From contig JAIFWJ010000003.1 of the NCBI GenBank assembly GCA_019661865.1, positions 15,441 through 79,440 on the forward strand: DNA of 64,000 nt, given 5' to 3'. The DNA comes from Candidatus Parcubacteria bacterium. Its GTDB lineage: Bacteria > Patescibacteriota > Minisyncoccia > Phycocordibacterales > Zambryskibacteraceae. Shown piece after piece: positions 1 to 9,556 of this stretch; within the stretch, counting starts at the first letter, position 1; each line of letters starts with the position of its first letter. The notes below the pieces were generated by a model. It was given only the letters and a program-made list of their open reading frames with translations, made no database searches and was not told the DNA's origin. A program made the position numbers and the translations under genes.

Positions 1-459
1 AACTTCGGTTCTATGATTAATTGGGTCCTCAGAGATGAATCCCTCCACCTGAAGTTCGGCATGAACTTGGTCCACAACATCCTAGAAGAGAATCCAGATC
101 TTCTTACAGAAGCCTTCGCTAAAGAGATACGAGACATCGTCATAGAAGGAGTAAATCTTGAGACCGCATATAATAAAGATCTCTTCCCACAAGGAATCCT
201 CGGACTCAATGCAGAATATGTAAACCAATATGTGGAGTATGTGGCAGACAGAAGACTCGATGAACTTGGCCTACCTAAATATTATAATGCTACGAACCCA
301 GCCAAGTGGATGTCTGCAGCCACAGATGTGTATGAACTTGTAAACTTTTTCGAAGCACAGAACACTTCATACGAAGTGGACGGTCACTCAGCTACAGTGA
401 AGAAACATGAAGTGAAGCCAGAAGATGTACCCACAGTGCCTGCCGGAGTAGGGGAATAG
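1..459 (+). CDS. Ribonucleotide reductase class I beta (small) subunit, C-terminal part (5' truncated by window edge)
   Basis: RDESLH diiron ligand motif, EYVADRRL and C-terminal NFFE..NTSY; frame open from base 1. Confidence 0.9.
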   Translation, partial: NFGSMINWVLRDESLHLKFGMNLVHNILEENPDLLTEAFAKEIRDIVIEGVNLETAYNKDLFPQGILGLNAEYVNQYVEYVADRRLDELGLPKYYNATNPAKWMSAATDVYELVNFFEAQNTSYEVDGHSATVKKHEVKPEDVPTVPAGVGE

Positions 460-464
460 CAAAA

Positions 465-486
465 GCGCGCATGTTTTCATGCGCGC
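465..486. terminator. Intrinsic terminator between convergent genes
   Basis: GCGCGCATG-TTTT-CATGCGCGC hairpin; A run on the left gives a U tract on the minus strand. Confidence 0.7.
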
Positions 487-505
487 TCGGGTGAGCCTAG
501 CCGTG

Positions 506-721
506 TTAGGCTAGGATTCTAAGGTGGATACCAACCTGGATAAAGATCGCCACTGCGACGGAGAACGCCGCAATCGATCCATAGAATATCTTTTTCGCGC
601 GTATCACCCTTCTGTCTCCATCTGGTCTTACTCCCGGTGTCGTGAAGATGACCACCAGGATTACGCATAACCCTGGGCAGCCTAGTAGAACAGAGAGTAG
701 ATACCAAAGACTTTCATCCAT
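506..721 (-). CDS. Small orphan membrane protein (2 TM), stand-alone unit
   Basis: Two hydrophobic segments; GGAGGGG SD; own promoter; hairpin CCTAGCC/GGCTAGG at 496-515 encloses the stop codon. Confidence 0.65.
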   Translation of the reverse strand: MDESLWYLLSVLLGCPGLCVILVVIFTTPGVRPDGDRRVIRAKKIFYGSIAAFSVAVAIFIQVGIHLRILA

Positions 722-729
722 AACCCCTC

Positions 730-751
730 CTATGTTTAAGCTATGTTTAAG
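730..751 (+). repeat. Tandem 11-bp duplication CTATGTTTAAG x2
   Basis: Read directly from the sequence. Confidence 0.9.
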
Positions 752-766
752 ATCCTATCTTTTATA

Positions 767-796
767 ATTATATCATGATGTGTATCAGCTTGTCAA
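767..796 (-). promoter_or_regulatory. Sigma70-type promoter of the 506-721 gene
   Basis: TTGACA-N18-TATAAT with an extended -10 TG on the minus strand. Confidence 0.7.
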
Positions 797-844
797 GTGG
801 GGAAATCGGGGCTCAACTTAGCCTCAGAATGTTACAATAGAAGC

Positions 845-1882
845 ATGAAAAAAATTCGAGTAGCTGTTAATGGCGCCGGAAGGATCGGCAGAGCATTCTT
901 CAAAATCGCTAAGGAAACACACCCGGAGATTGAAGTTGTGGCATTTAATGACCTTGGTGATGCTGAAAATATTGCATATTTACTTAACTACGACTCTGTA
1001 TATGGTAAATCAGATTTCAAAGCTCGTGCTAAAGAAGATAAGTCTGCCATTGTAATTGACGGCCAAGAAATCAAATTTATTTCTGAGAAGGAACCAACCA
1101 AACTCCCATGGAAGGACCTCGACATCGATGTAGTAGTTGAGTCTACTGGTCTCTTCGTAAGTTATGAGAAGGCCAAGGTACATCTTGATGCTGGAGCCAA
1201 GCGGGTGGTGGTCACAGCCCCAATGAAAGATGATCCAGGTGAAGGTCTCTCTGGTGCGACAGTGCTTATGGGAGTAAATGACGAGAAACTCGAGACGTGT
1301 GTTATCACTTCAAATGCATCTTGTACCACGAATGCCGGCTCGCCTCTTATAGCCATACTAGATGAAGCCATAGGTATAGAGAAAGCAGTTTTAAATACCG
1401 TGCATGGCTACACTGCCACTCAAGCTCTTGTGGATGGTCCGTCTAAGAAGGGTTTCCGCGAGGGTCGTGCAGCAGCAGCAAACATTGTTCCAAGCTCAAC
1501 TGGTGCAGCTATTGCTGTGACTAAGGCATTTCCGAAGCTCGCCGGCCTCTTCGACGGTATCTCTATGCGCGTACCAGTCATTGCAGGATCCATGGTGGAC
1601 ATTACATTCATCGCTAAGCGTGACACCTCAGCAGAAGAAGTGAATGAAATTATGAAGAAGGCTAGTCAAGAAGACCGTTGGAAGAATATTTTCAACGTGA
1701 CAGAAGAAGAGCTAGTCTCTACAGACATACTTGGCTCCCCTTTCGGCTCTATTGCAGATCTTGCCCTAACAAGAGTCATTGGTGGTAACTTAGTTAAGGT
1801 CATGGCCTGGTATGACAACGAAATGGGCTATACTCACACACTTGTAGATCATGTAGCCAAGCTCGGTAAACACGTAAAGTAA
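845..1882 (+). CDS. gap: Type I glyceraldehyde-3-phosphate dehydrogenase
   Basis: NGAGRIGR Rossmann motif, SNASCTTN catalytic motif, WYDNE; start placed at ATG 845, 6 nt after TACAAT. Confidence 0.97.
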   Translation: MKKIRVAVNGAGRIGRAFFKIAKETHPEIEVVAFNDLGDAENIAYLLNYDSVYGKSDFKARAKEDKSAIVIDGQEIKFISEKEPTKLPWKDLDIDVVVESTGLFVSYEKAKVHLDAGAKRVVVTAPMKDDPGEGLSGATVLMGVNDEKLETCVITSNASCTTNAGSPLIAILDEAIGIEKAVLNTVHGYTATQALVDGPSKKGFREGRAAAANIVPSSTGAAIAVTKAFPKLAGLFDGISMRVPVIAGSMVDITFIAKRDTSAEEVNEIMKKASQEDRWKNIFNVTEEELVSTDILGSPFGSIADLALTRVIGGNLVKVMAWYDNEMGYTHTLVDHVAKLGKHVK

Positions 1883-1896
1883 ATTATAAATAAATT

Positions 1897-2370
1897 ATGA
1901 AAATATTTGTCGGAGCAGATCATGCGGGGTTCGGGATGAAGGAGGTTCTACTTCCATATCTTCAGAGTCTCGGACATGATGTAGTAGACAAGGGCGCATA
2001 TGAATACTCAGAAGAAGACGACTATCCGGATTTTATTATCCCCGTTGCACGTGAGGTCTCATTACATCCGAATGAAGTTAGAGGCATAGTTCTCGGTGGT
2101 TCCGGTCAGGGAGAAGCCATGTGTGCTAACAGATTCCACAATGTGCGGGCTGTAGTCTACTATGCTCCAGGTAACTCCCGTGTAGAAGAGTCGGACTCCA
2201 TAATCAAACTATCTCGTGAACATAACAACGGTAACATCCTCTCACTAGGAGCGAGGTTTATAACAGAAGATGAGATGAAGGAAGTGGTAAAGGAGTGGCT
2301 CAATACTCCGTTCTCAGAAGATGAGAGGCATAAGAGAAGACTAAATAAGGTAGACCGCATACATGAATAA
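1897..2370 (+). CDS. rpiB: Ribose-5-phosphate isomerase B
   Basis: GADHAG, DDYPD, GGSGQG, SREHNN, RHKRR motifs. Confidence 0.95.
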   Translation: MKIFVGADHAGFGMKEVLLPYLQSLGHDVVDKGAYEYSEEDDYPDFIIPVAREVSLHPNEVRGIVLGGSGQGEAMCANRFHNVRAVVYYAPGNSRVEESDSIIKLSREHNNGNILSLGARFITEDEMKEVVKEWLNTPFSEDERHKRRLNKVDRIHE

Positions 2371-3052
2371 CTATGAGGTCATTCCGGCAATCTTGCCAAA
2401 GGATTTCAAGGATTTAGAAGAAAAGATCAAGATGATAATAGGTGGAGTGCCAGTGGTGCATATAGACGCAACTGATGGGTCTATGACACCAGGGAAGACG
2501 TGGCCATATGCTCTAGGAGAGAAGGTTGAAGTGCCCTTCAAGGAAGAATTTAACTTCGAGGCACATCTCATGGTACTAAACCCTGGCAGAATCATAGATG
2601 ACTGGGTGAAAGCTGGAGCAGAAAGAGTCATTTTCCAAATAGAAGCATTCCAAGTTGAAGATAGTATAGATAAGCTCATTCAAACCTTGCGTGATAGAAG
2701 TGATGCGGGAAGTAGTTATCTTGGGCTCGAGATCGGACTAGCTGTTAACTTAAACACTCCGCTATCTAGAGTGATGCCGTACATAGATAGAGTCGACTTC
2801 TTGCATCTTATGTCTATCGCGGAGATCGGAAGACAGGGGAATCCGTTTGATAATAGGATTTATGAGAGGATAACCGAATTGAAGAAAGACAATCCAGAAC
2901 TTATAATAAGTATCGACGGAGGTGTAGGCTTGGATAATGCAGAAGAGCTTTTGCACTGTGGTGCGGATAGACTGATAGTCGGCTCGGCGATATTTAAAGC
3001 AGAGAATCCCGAGCAGGTCCTCGAAGATCTTAAAAATTTAGTTCATGTCTAG
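2363..3052 (+). CDS. rpe: Ribulose-phosphate 3-epimerase
   Basis: HID..DG, EAHLMV, IDGGV, GSAIF motifs; operon context. Confidence 0.9.
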   Translation: MNNYEVIPAILPKDFKDLEEKIKMIIGGVPVVHIDATDGSMTPGKTWPYALGEKVEVPFKEEFNFEAHLMVLNPGRIIDDWVKAGAERVIFQIEAFQVEDSIDKLIQTLRDRSDAGSSYLGLEIGLAVNLNTPLSRVMPYIDRVDFLHLMSIAEIGRQGNPFDNRIYERITELKKDNPELIISIDGGVGLDNAEELLHCGADRLIVGSAIFKAENPEQVLEDLKNLVHV

Positions 3053-3911
3053 ACTTAGAGAAGATGAGAAGCAAGAGCTCGAGATGCGGGCCAATGACAT
3101 CCGTATCTCTATTATAGATATGCTCCTTCAAGCAGGATCAGGTCACACAGCTGGCCCCTTGGGTATGGCAGACATATTTACTGTTCTCTACTTTCATACA
3201 CTTAAACATGACCCTAAAAACTCTTCATGGCCCGAGCGCGACAGAGTGGTCTTAAGTAATGGCCACATATGCCCGGTCCTTTATGCCACCATGGCGCACG
3301 CAGGATACTTCGCTCTCGAAGAACTTAAGACTCTTCGTAAGTTCGGTTCCCGCTTACAGGGACATCCTCACAGGGACTTCCTCCCAGCACTTGAGACTTC
3401 ATCAGGGCCACTTGCCTCTGGACTCGCACAAGCCACGGGTATGGCACTTGCAGACAAGATAGATGTGAAGGACGGTGATAGACAGATCTACTGCCTACTC
3501 TCTGATGGAGAACTCGAGTCTGGGGCTATATGGGAGGCCGCCATGCTTGCCGGGAAAAATAGACTCCGGAACTTAACTGCGGTAATTGACCGCAACAATA
3601 TACAAATAGATGGATACACTGAAGACATCATGCCACTCGAGTCACTCTCAGATAAGTGGCGAGCGTGGAACTGGCATGTCATAGAAGTAGATGGACATAA
3701 TATGGAGGAGATTAGTGACGCCTTCGATGAAGCTAAGGCTGTCTATGAGCACCCGACAGTCATCATTGCGCACACTATACCGGGGCGTGGTGTGAAGGAA
3801 TTTGAGCGCGACTATCGCTGGCACGGCAAGCCGCCAAATAAAGAAGAGGCTGAGATGGCACTGAATGAGCTGAGAACATTAGGAGGTAAAATAATAAGCG
3901 AACATGAATAA
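3045..3911 (+). CDS. Transketolase, N-terminal (TPP-binding) subunit
   Basis: GSGH, LSNGH, LQGHP, SDGE...N TPP motif, WHGK. Confidence 0.95.
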   Translation: MSRLREDEKQELEMRANDIRISIIDMLLQAGSGHTAGPLGMADIFTVLYFHTLKHDPKNSSWPERDRVVLSNGHICPVLYATMAHAGYFALEELKTLRKFGSRLQGHPHRDFLPALETSSGPLASGLAQATGMALADKIDVKDGDRQIYCLLSDGELESGAIWEAAMLAGKNRLRNLTAVIDRNNIQIDGYTEDIMPLESLSDKWRAWNWHVIEVDGHNMEEISDAFDEAKAVYEHPTVIIAHTIPGRGVKEFERDYRWHGKPPNKEEAEMALNELRTLGGKIISEHE

Positions 3912-4227
3912 CATAAAGACTTTATCTATCTTTGAAAAAATATATTTCTTTCTTGCCCTAGCCGCCTGGTTATTTTGTATTTATATTGCATTCCTATTCT
4001 TTAATCCCTCAACTAGTGAAGGCATCGGTTGGTTTACGCTCACTATCATAGCCTCTCCTCTTACATGGATTTTTGTAATATTGAGCTTAGTGATGGGCAT
4101 TAGATCGTTTAGTAATAAAGCTAAAACTACAAACCCAACTTGGTTTAAATGGTATTGCAGGATTACTGCTGCCCCAATTATCTATGTCCTTGTCAGGATA
4201 TTGGTAAACATTCTAATTAATGATTAA
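3904..4227 (+). CDS. AT-rich 3-TM membrane protein between the two transketolase genes
   Basis: Three hydrophobic helices; overlaps both neighbours by 8 nt. Confidence 0.7.
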   Translation: MNNIKTLSIFEKIYFFLALAAWLFCIYIAFLFFNPSTSEGIGWFTLTIIASPLTWIFVILSLVMGIRSFSNKAKTTNPTWFKWYCRITAAPIIYVLVRILVNILIND

Positions 4228-5200
4228 CAACGAATTAAAATTAAATACGAAAGTTTTCGACAAGGATGTCGAGCAAGTTCCTATACGCAAGGGCTTCGGT
4301 GAAGGTCTTCTCCAAGCTGGGATAGATAATCCGCAAGTGGTGGGACTCTGCGCAGATCTTACTGAGTCGACGCAGATGCATCTTTTTAAGGATAAGTTTC
4401 CAAACAGGTTTGTGGAGATTGGTGTAGCAGAACAGAACTTGGCGGCTGTAGCATCGGGCATGGCAGCAGCGGGGAAGATCCCGTTTATCACTTCTTATGC
4501 AATGTTTTCTCCAGGAAGAAACTGGGAACAGATCAGAACCACTATTTGTTATAACAACAGGCCGGTAAAGATTGCTGGGAGCCATGCGGGCGTATCTGTT
4601 GGGCCTGACGGAGGAACACATCAAGCAGTGGAGGACATGGCCATCATGAGAGTTATACCACGTATGATTGTTATCTCTCCGTGTGATGCAGTAGAGGCCA
4701 AGAAAGCGACGATGGAGGCAGCCAAGACTGGCACTCCAGTATATATAAGACTTGCTCGTGAGAAGACGCCTATTATGACGACTGTCGAGACTCCGTTTCA
4801 AATAGGAAAGGCCCAAACCTTCTGGGAATCGTCGAAGCCGAAGGTGGGTATCATTGCCACAGGTGCACTAGTACACAAGGCATTACTTGCAGCACAGGCA
4901 CTTAAAGAAGAGAAGATAGATGTGGAAGTTCTAAACCTTGCGACCATTAAGCCACTTGACGAAGAAGCGGTCATAAAACTTGCGAAAAAGACTAAGAGAA
5001 TTGTCACAGTGGAGGAGCACCAGGTACACGGGGGTATGGGAAGCGCTGTAGCGGAGTGCCTAGCCAAGGACTTTCCCGTACCAATGAGATTTATCGGAGT
5101 TCAGGATGAGTTCGGCCAGTCTGGGACTCCAGGGGAGCTTATAGAGCACTATGGTATGGGAGAAAAGAGCATTATAAAAGCAGTAAAAGAGCTCCTATAG
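4220..5200 (+). CDS. Transketolase, C-terminal subunit
   Basis: GVAEQN, GPDGGTHQ, VEEHQ..GGMGS motifs. Confidence 0.95.
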   Translation: MINNELKLNTKVFDKDVEQVPIRKGFGEGLLQAGIDNPQVVGLCADLTESTQMHLFKDKFPNRFVEIGVAEQNLAAVASGMAAAGKIPFITSYAMFSPGRNWEQIRTTICYNNRPVKIAGSHAGVSVGPDGGTHQAVEDMAIMRVIPRMIVISPCDAVEAKKATMEAAKTGTPVYIRLAREKTPIMTTVETPFQIGKAQTFWESSKPKVGIIATGALVHKALLAAQALKEEKIDVEVLNLATIKPLDEEAVIKLAKKTKRIVTVEEHQVHGGMGSAVAECLAKDFPVPMRFIGVQDEFGQSGTPGELIEHYGMGEKSIIKAVKELL

Positions 5201-5296
5201 CATCCCGACTTCATAGTTGTGGGGATAGCGGAGTAGCATTCCTTGCCACAGGCGATAGCATATAGATATACAAATAATCATTAATTTAAGTAATTT

Positions 5297-7423
5297 ATGA
5301 AGAGAATTCTTCCTGTGGCCTTGTTACTCTTGGTTCTTACTCCTGTATTCTCTAATGCTCAAAGCTCGAGCGCCTGTACTCCCCAGAGTTCTATAAGCGA
5401 CTCTGCATGTATAAGTCTTATCCAGGAACTTCTAGCCCAGATAGCAGTACTCCAAAAACTTATTCTGCAGATAATTTCTAATCAAGGTTTGACAGCCACA
5501 AAGCCCAACGATGTTAAACCCTCTATACCTATAGATACTTCAAACATTAATGCCTCCTTGCCTACAATAAATAATTACGGAAAGGATAGCATTGTATCAG
5601 GAGAATCAGCTACGTTCCAATTAGGCAAGTATCCGAAAACGGCAGCTAAATGGGTGCTTACAGTCTCATGTCCTGTAGGAATAAATATAAATCAGAAAGG
5701 AGGAGGTTGTTCGAGTGGCACAATGGATACCATAATCTTAACTAATGGGGATCCAACAATAGAAAATTGGTCTATTACTGCTACCAACCTTACCTCATAC
5801 AAGCAGACAGTAGTAGCGACATTTGGGGCTTTCGATAGTGTTGGCAAGAGTCTTGGTAAAAGTCAGGCCACTCTAACTGTTTTACCACCAAACACTGTAG
5901 TAGATGCAGCTCCAACAGTTGATATAAAAGTATCACAAACTACTTGGGATGGTCCTATAACTATCCCATACAACACAGCTGAATTTCTTGCATGGACGTC
6001 GACAAATGCTAGTTATTGCTATGGTTCTAAGACTGGCTCAGGAACTTGGGGTGGTTCTCTTCCATTATCTGGTACTCAAACCACTGGAAGCATAACGAGT
6101 AATACAACCTTTACCGTCACATGTCAGGATGCAAGTGGAAGGGTGGCCAGTGACAGTATTGTATTTAACGTTCAGAATGCTATTAGTAGTGGTCCTACAG
6201 TAGATCTAAAGGTTGGAGATTCAGACGGACCAATCACAGTTCCAAGCAACACAACTAAGAATCTAAGTTGGAATTCAACCAATGCATCACATTGTTCTGG
6301 ATATTCATCTGGTCCAGGTGTCTGGGGCGGGGTCATGGCACTCAGTGGCACTATAAGCACGGGTAACATTACAACCGGAACCACTTTCACCATAAATTGC
6401 CAAAACGCTACGGGGCAAAATGCTTCAGACAGCATAATAATAAACGTCGGTGCTGTTACTACCACCGGTTCCGGACCGATAGTCTCTCTGTATGCCAATA
6501 ATAGTTCTGTAAGTCCAGGTACACCTGTTACTCTCAACTGGAGCTCGAATGATACTAGTACTAATACTGCCTACTGTTACTCACAACAGTTCCAAACCAA
6601 TAACGCCCTTCGCGGACAAGTCATTGTATACCCTCAGACCACCACGCTTTATGAAGTGACATGCAATAACCAGTATGGTAGTTCTAAGGCAAGTGCAACA
6701 GTCTCTGTAAATTCGGTGTCAAATGCTCCAGTGAGTGTCTCTCTCTCAGCATCACCATCAACAATATCATTAGGACAGTCTACAAGACTTTCTTGGACAG
6801 TGTCAGACAATGCTACCTCATGTACCAAGAGCTGGGGAGGAAATACTAGTCCGATGACTGGATATCAAGATGTTTATCCAACCTCAGGCACTTCTTATAC
6901 CATCACCTGTTACAACGGCAACAGTAGCCAGAGCGCTTACACAACCGTTTCTCTTATACCTGCTTCGACCGTTGATGAATATACAGTAGGGTATAACCAA
7001 ACCTCTAGCATCTCACTCTCAAGCTCGGAGAAAACAGCTGTATACGAGTACCCATCGAGTCCATGTGGTACTCTAATGACCCAGTTCTTATACCCAGGAA
7101 GTGTTTCGGCAAGTGGTGGACCAGTATACAACGCAGCTGCTGCCCAATGCAGCACTACTGCCGGCAATACTCCTAACACCGCTACATTTAGAGTTTACTC
7201 TTGTCAGAACTTTAGCGACCCTTCGACCACAGCGGTCCGTGCTCGTGCCACGTTTGCCTTCCAGTGTTTGCTTCCATATATCTCTATACCTCCGTCTACT
7301 CCACCAACTACCAACACTAGTGGGGGAGTACATGTCTCGATGTCAGGAAATTCCGATATTGCAAATGTGCTAAGTGGAGTACAGGCGCTACTAAACAGTA
7401 TTTCTGCAGGATTGAATCAATAA
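5297..7423 (+). CDS. Secreted Ser/Thr-rich surface protein with repeated beta-sandwich-like modules
   Basis: Signal peptide; repeated PTVD..DGPIT..W.STNAS.C..WGG..TF...CQ modules with paired Cys. Confidence 0.8.
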   Translation: MKRILPVALLLLVLTPVFSNAQSSSACTPQSSISDSACISLIQELLAQIAVLQKLILQIISNQGLTATKPNDVKPSIPIDTSNINASLPTINNYGKDSIVSGESATFQLGKYPKTAAKWVLTVSCPVGININQKGGGCSSGTMDTIILTNGDPTIENWSITATNLTSYKQTVVATFGAFDSVGKSLGKSQATLTVLPPNTVVDAAPTVDIKVSQTTWDGPITIPYNTAEFLAWTSTNASYCYGSKTGSGTWGGSLPLSGTQTTGSITSNTTFTVTCQDASGRVASDSIVFNVQNAISSGPTVDLKVGDSDGPITVPSNTTKNLSWNSTNASHCSGYSSGPGVWGGVMALSGTISTGNITTGTTFTINCQNATGQNASDSIIINVGAVTTTGSGPIVSLYANNSSVSPGTPVTLNWSSNDTSTNTAYCYSQQFQTNNALRGQVIVYPQTTTLYEVTCNNQYGSSKASATVSVNSVSNAPVSVSLSASPSTISLGQSTRLSWTVSDNATSCTKSWGGNTSPMTGYQDVYPTSGTSYTITCYNGNSSQSAYTTVSLIPASTVDEYTVGYNQTSSISLSSSEKTAVYEYPSSPCGTLMTQFLYPGSVSASGGPVYNAAAAQCSTTAGNTPNTATFRVYSCQNFSDPSTTAVRARATFAFQCLLPYISIPPSTPPTTNTSGGVHVSMSGNSDIANVLSGVQALLNSISAGLNQ

Positions 7424-7433
7424 TTACTTAAAG

Positions 7434-8420
7434 TTATTTAAGAGGGGAGGGTCTGAAGTCCTCAGGGGCCTTCTTCAAGAGTGTCTCTAATTTCTTTCTA
7501 GAGAGTAAGCCTTTCTGTGCACCAACTTCTTGGACCACTGACATGGAGTTCACCGCACCCCATTGTAGAGCAGTAGGAAGATCTTTACCGAGTATGAGTG
7601 CTGCTACTGTGGTGGAAGCGAAAGCATCTCCAGCTCCTGTGCGTTCGAAGGCTGGTTTCTGATCTGGATAAGGGGGCACGAACCACATATCTCTACCATC
7701 GTGTGCGTATGCGCCTTTAGGGCCATCAGTTATGACCACCATGTCGGGGCCCAAATCTCGCATCCTCTTCAGAAGTTCACCTGTTCCAAGTGTATTAATA
7801 CCTAAGATTCTTTCAGCTTCTTCTACGTTACAAAAGAATATCTGACTCCTTTTATATATATCTTTAAGTTCATCAAGACCCAATTTCATTTGGAATGTCC
7901 CAGGCTGAAACGCAAGCTTAACTCCAGGATGCTTGTGGAGATATGCGGCGACTTCATGGTGATAGTCCTTGGTGTGATCAGCTAGAGAGGAAAGATAAAT
8001 CCATTTTGGCTCAGCGAGCTTGGGAAGTTTGTATTTATAAGCCTGATGCTTGACCAATATGGTTCTGTCGCTCTCGTACCATAGTACATAATGATAATTA
8101 GTTTCTTTACCTTTATGTATTTTTATATATTTTGTGTCTACCCTATTCTGCCTTAGTGTCTGTAGACACTCTTTGCCATTCTGGTCGGCTCCAATATTGG
8201 CCACCAGTGCTGAGGAGAGTCCAAGACGAGCAGCAGATACACTAGCATTCGAACTATTGCCCACAGCCCGGATAACCTCTACAGACTCATAAGGAATCTT
8301 GTCTCCGAACTTCATGGTAATGGTGCAGTGCTCCTCGTTTATATCGCAGTTCACGGTGGCCTCTCGGAGCTTGATGAAGGCGTCAGTAACTATATCTCCT
8401 ATGGCTACAAAATCATGCAT
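7434..8420 (-). CDS. PfkB-family carbohydrate kinase
   Basis: C-terminal RTGAGDAF anion-hole motif, ITDGPKGA; start placed at ATG 8420, 7 nt after TG-A-TACAAT. Confidence 0.9.
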   Translation of the reverse strand: MHDFVAIGDIVTDAFIKLREATVNCDINEEHCTITMKFGDKIPYESVEVIRAVGNSSNASVSAARLGLSSALVANIGADQNGKECLQTLRQNRVDTKYIKIHKGKETNYHYVLWYESDRTILVKHQAYKYKLPKLAEPKWIYLSSLADHTKDYHHEVAAYLHKHPGVKLAFQPGTFQMKLGLDELKDIYKRSQIFFCNVEEAERILGINTLGTGELLKRMRDLGPDMVVITDGPKGAYAHDGRDMWFVPPYPDQKPAFERTGAGDAFASTTVAALILGKDLPTALQWGAVNSMSVVQEVGAQKGLLSRKKLETLLKKAPEDFRPSPLK

Positions 8421-8475
8421 TTGAAATATTGTATCACGCCTGGTACTCTCTTGTGAGACTCGTTCCGGGGGAAAT

Positions 8476-9507
8476 ATGAATACCGAACTCATTACTGCAA
8501 TCAGAGAAAGACGAGGGTGTCTCAGTCATCTCCGCACACAAAGAGGAAGAAGGCGTTTCGATACTTCTCTAGATGATCCGTTCTACATGGAAGACGACTT
8601 TGTCTCCGACGAGGCGAAAATTCTCCTGAGTAAGACTTATCGACTGTTAGGTAAGAAAACCCAAGTGTTGACTCTGTCGTCAATCCCGTTTCTCAGAAAT
8701 CGAATTATTCATGTTGGTGAAGTGGTAGGAATCTCGGTAGTAATCGCAGAGATTCTGGGTCTCAATATAAGCCTGGTCAGATCCATTGCCCTCGGTCACG
8801 ATTTGGGGCATGTGCCCTATGGACATCCAGGTGAGGCCCATATGGCAAAGCGTATGAGGCTACCAGAGTTCTGCCACGAGGTAATGGGCCCAATTGTTCT
8901 CCAGAAGATTGAACGAAAGGGTAAAGGTCTCAATCTCACCTTCGAGACTCTTGATGGGATGATGCGGCACAGCGGGAACACTGAGCGTGAGGACATGACT
9001 CAGGAGGCCTGGGTGGTAAGGTTCGCTGACAAGTTCGCATATATTTTCGCGGACTACAGCGACTTAGTCCAACGCATGGTATTCCCAGTTTCTCATGAGC
9101 TCGTAAGTGCGATGGCAGAATTCGGACGCGACCATCGGACAAGGACTTCTACAGCCATTGCTGGGCTCATTATCGAATCTGCAGAGAAGGGCAAGGTGAG
9201 TTTTAAACATTCCGATCTCGCACACAAGTTCAACCACCTCCGCGACTTGATGATGAAGCTGTATGTCAGGGCTACAGAGCAAGATATGACCCCGATCCTT
9301 GACCCGGTGATCGAGTATCTAGGGAAACTCGAGATAGGCAACCCATATCTTCTCCTTGCTCTCATGACTGATGAAGACGTGGCCTTCCTAAACAGTAACC
9401 GAAGTAAGAATGTCACTTTGCTTCAGCATACTGCTCTTCGTGAGAGGTTACCTTATATAGAGGACCTCGGCGATATAGACCTCTGTAATCCAGATCTAGA
9501 CTGGTAG
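8476..9507 (+). CDS. HD-domain dNTP triphosphohydrolase (dGTPase-like), short form
   Basis: KTQV, R.R..H..EV, GHDLGHVPYGH.GE and AD..AY motifs of the dGTPase family. Confidence 0.85.
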   Translation: MNTELITAIRERRGCLSHLRTQRGRRRFDTSLDDPFYMEDDFVSDEAKILLSKTYRLLGKKTQVLTLSSIPFLRNRIIHVGEVVGISVVIAEILGLNISLVRSIALGHDLGHVPYGHPGEAHMAKRMRLPEFCHEVMGPIVLQKIERKGKGLNLTFETLDGMMRHSGNTEREDMTQEAWVVRFADKFAYIFADYSDLVQRMVFPVSHELVSAMAEFGRDHRTRTSTAIAGLIIESAEKGKVSFKHSDLAHKFNHLRDLMMKLYVRATEQDMTPILDPVIEYLGKLEIGNPYLLLALMTDEDVAFLNSNRSKNVTLLQHTALRERLPYIEDLGDIDLCNPDLDW

Positions 9508-9527
9508 CTCCCAAAGGGAGCTTTTTT
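9506..9527 (+). terminator. Intrinsic terminator of the dGTPase-like gene
   Basis: AGCTCCC-AAA-GGGAGCT followed by a T tract. Confidence 0.75.
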
Positions 9528-9556
9528 ATGTCAGGATAATTGATACAATTATGTGA

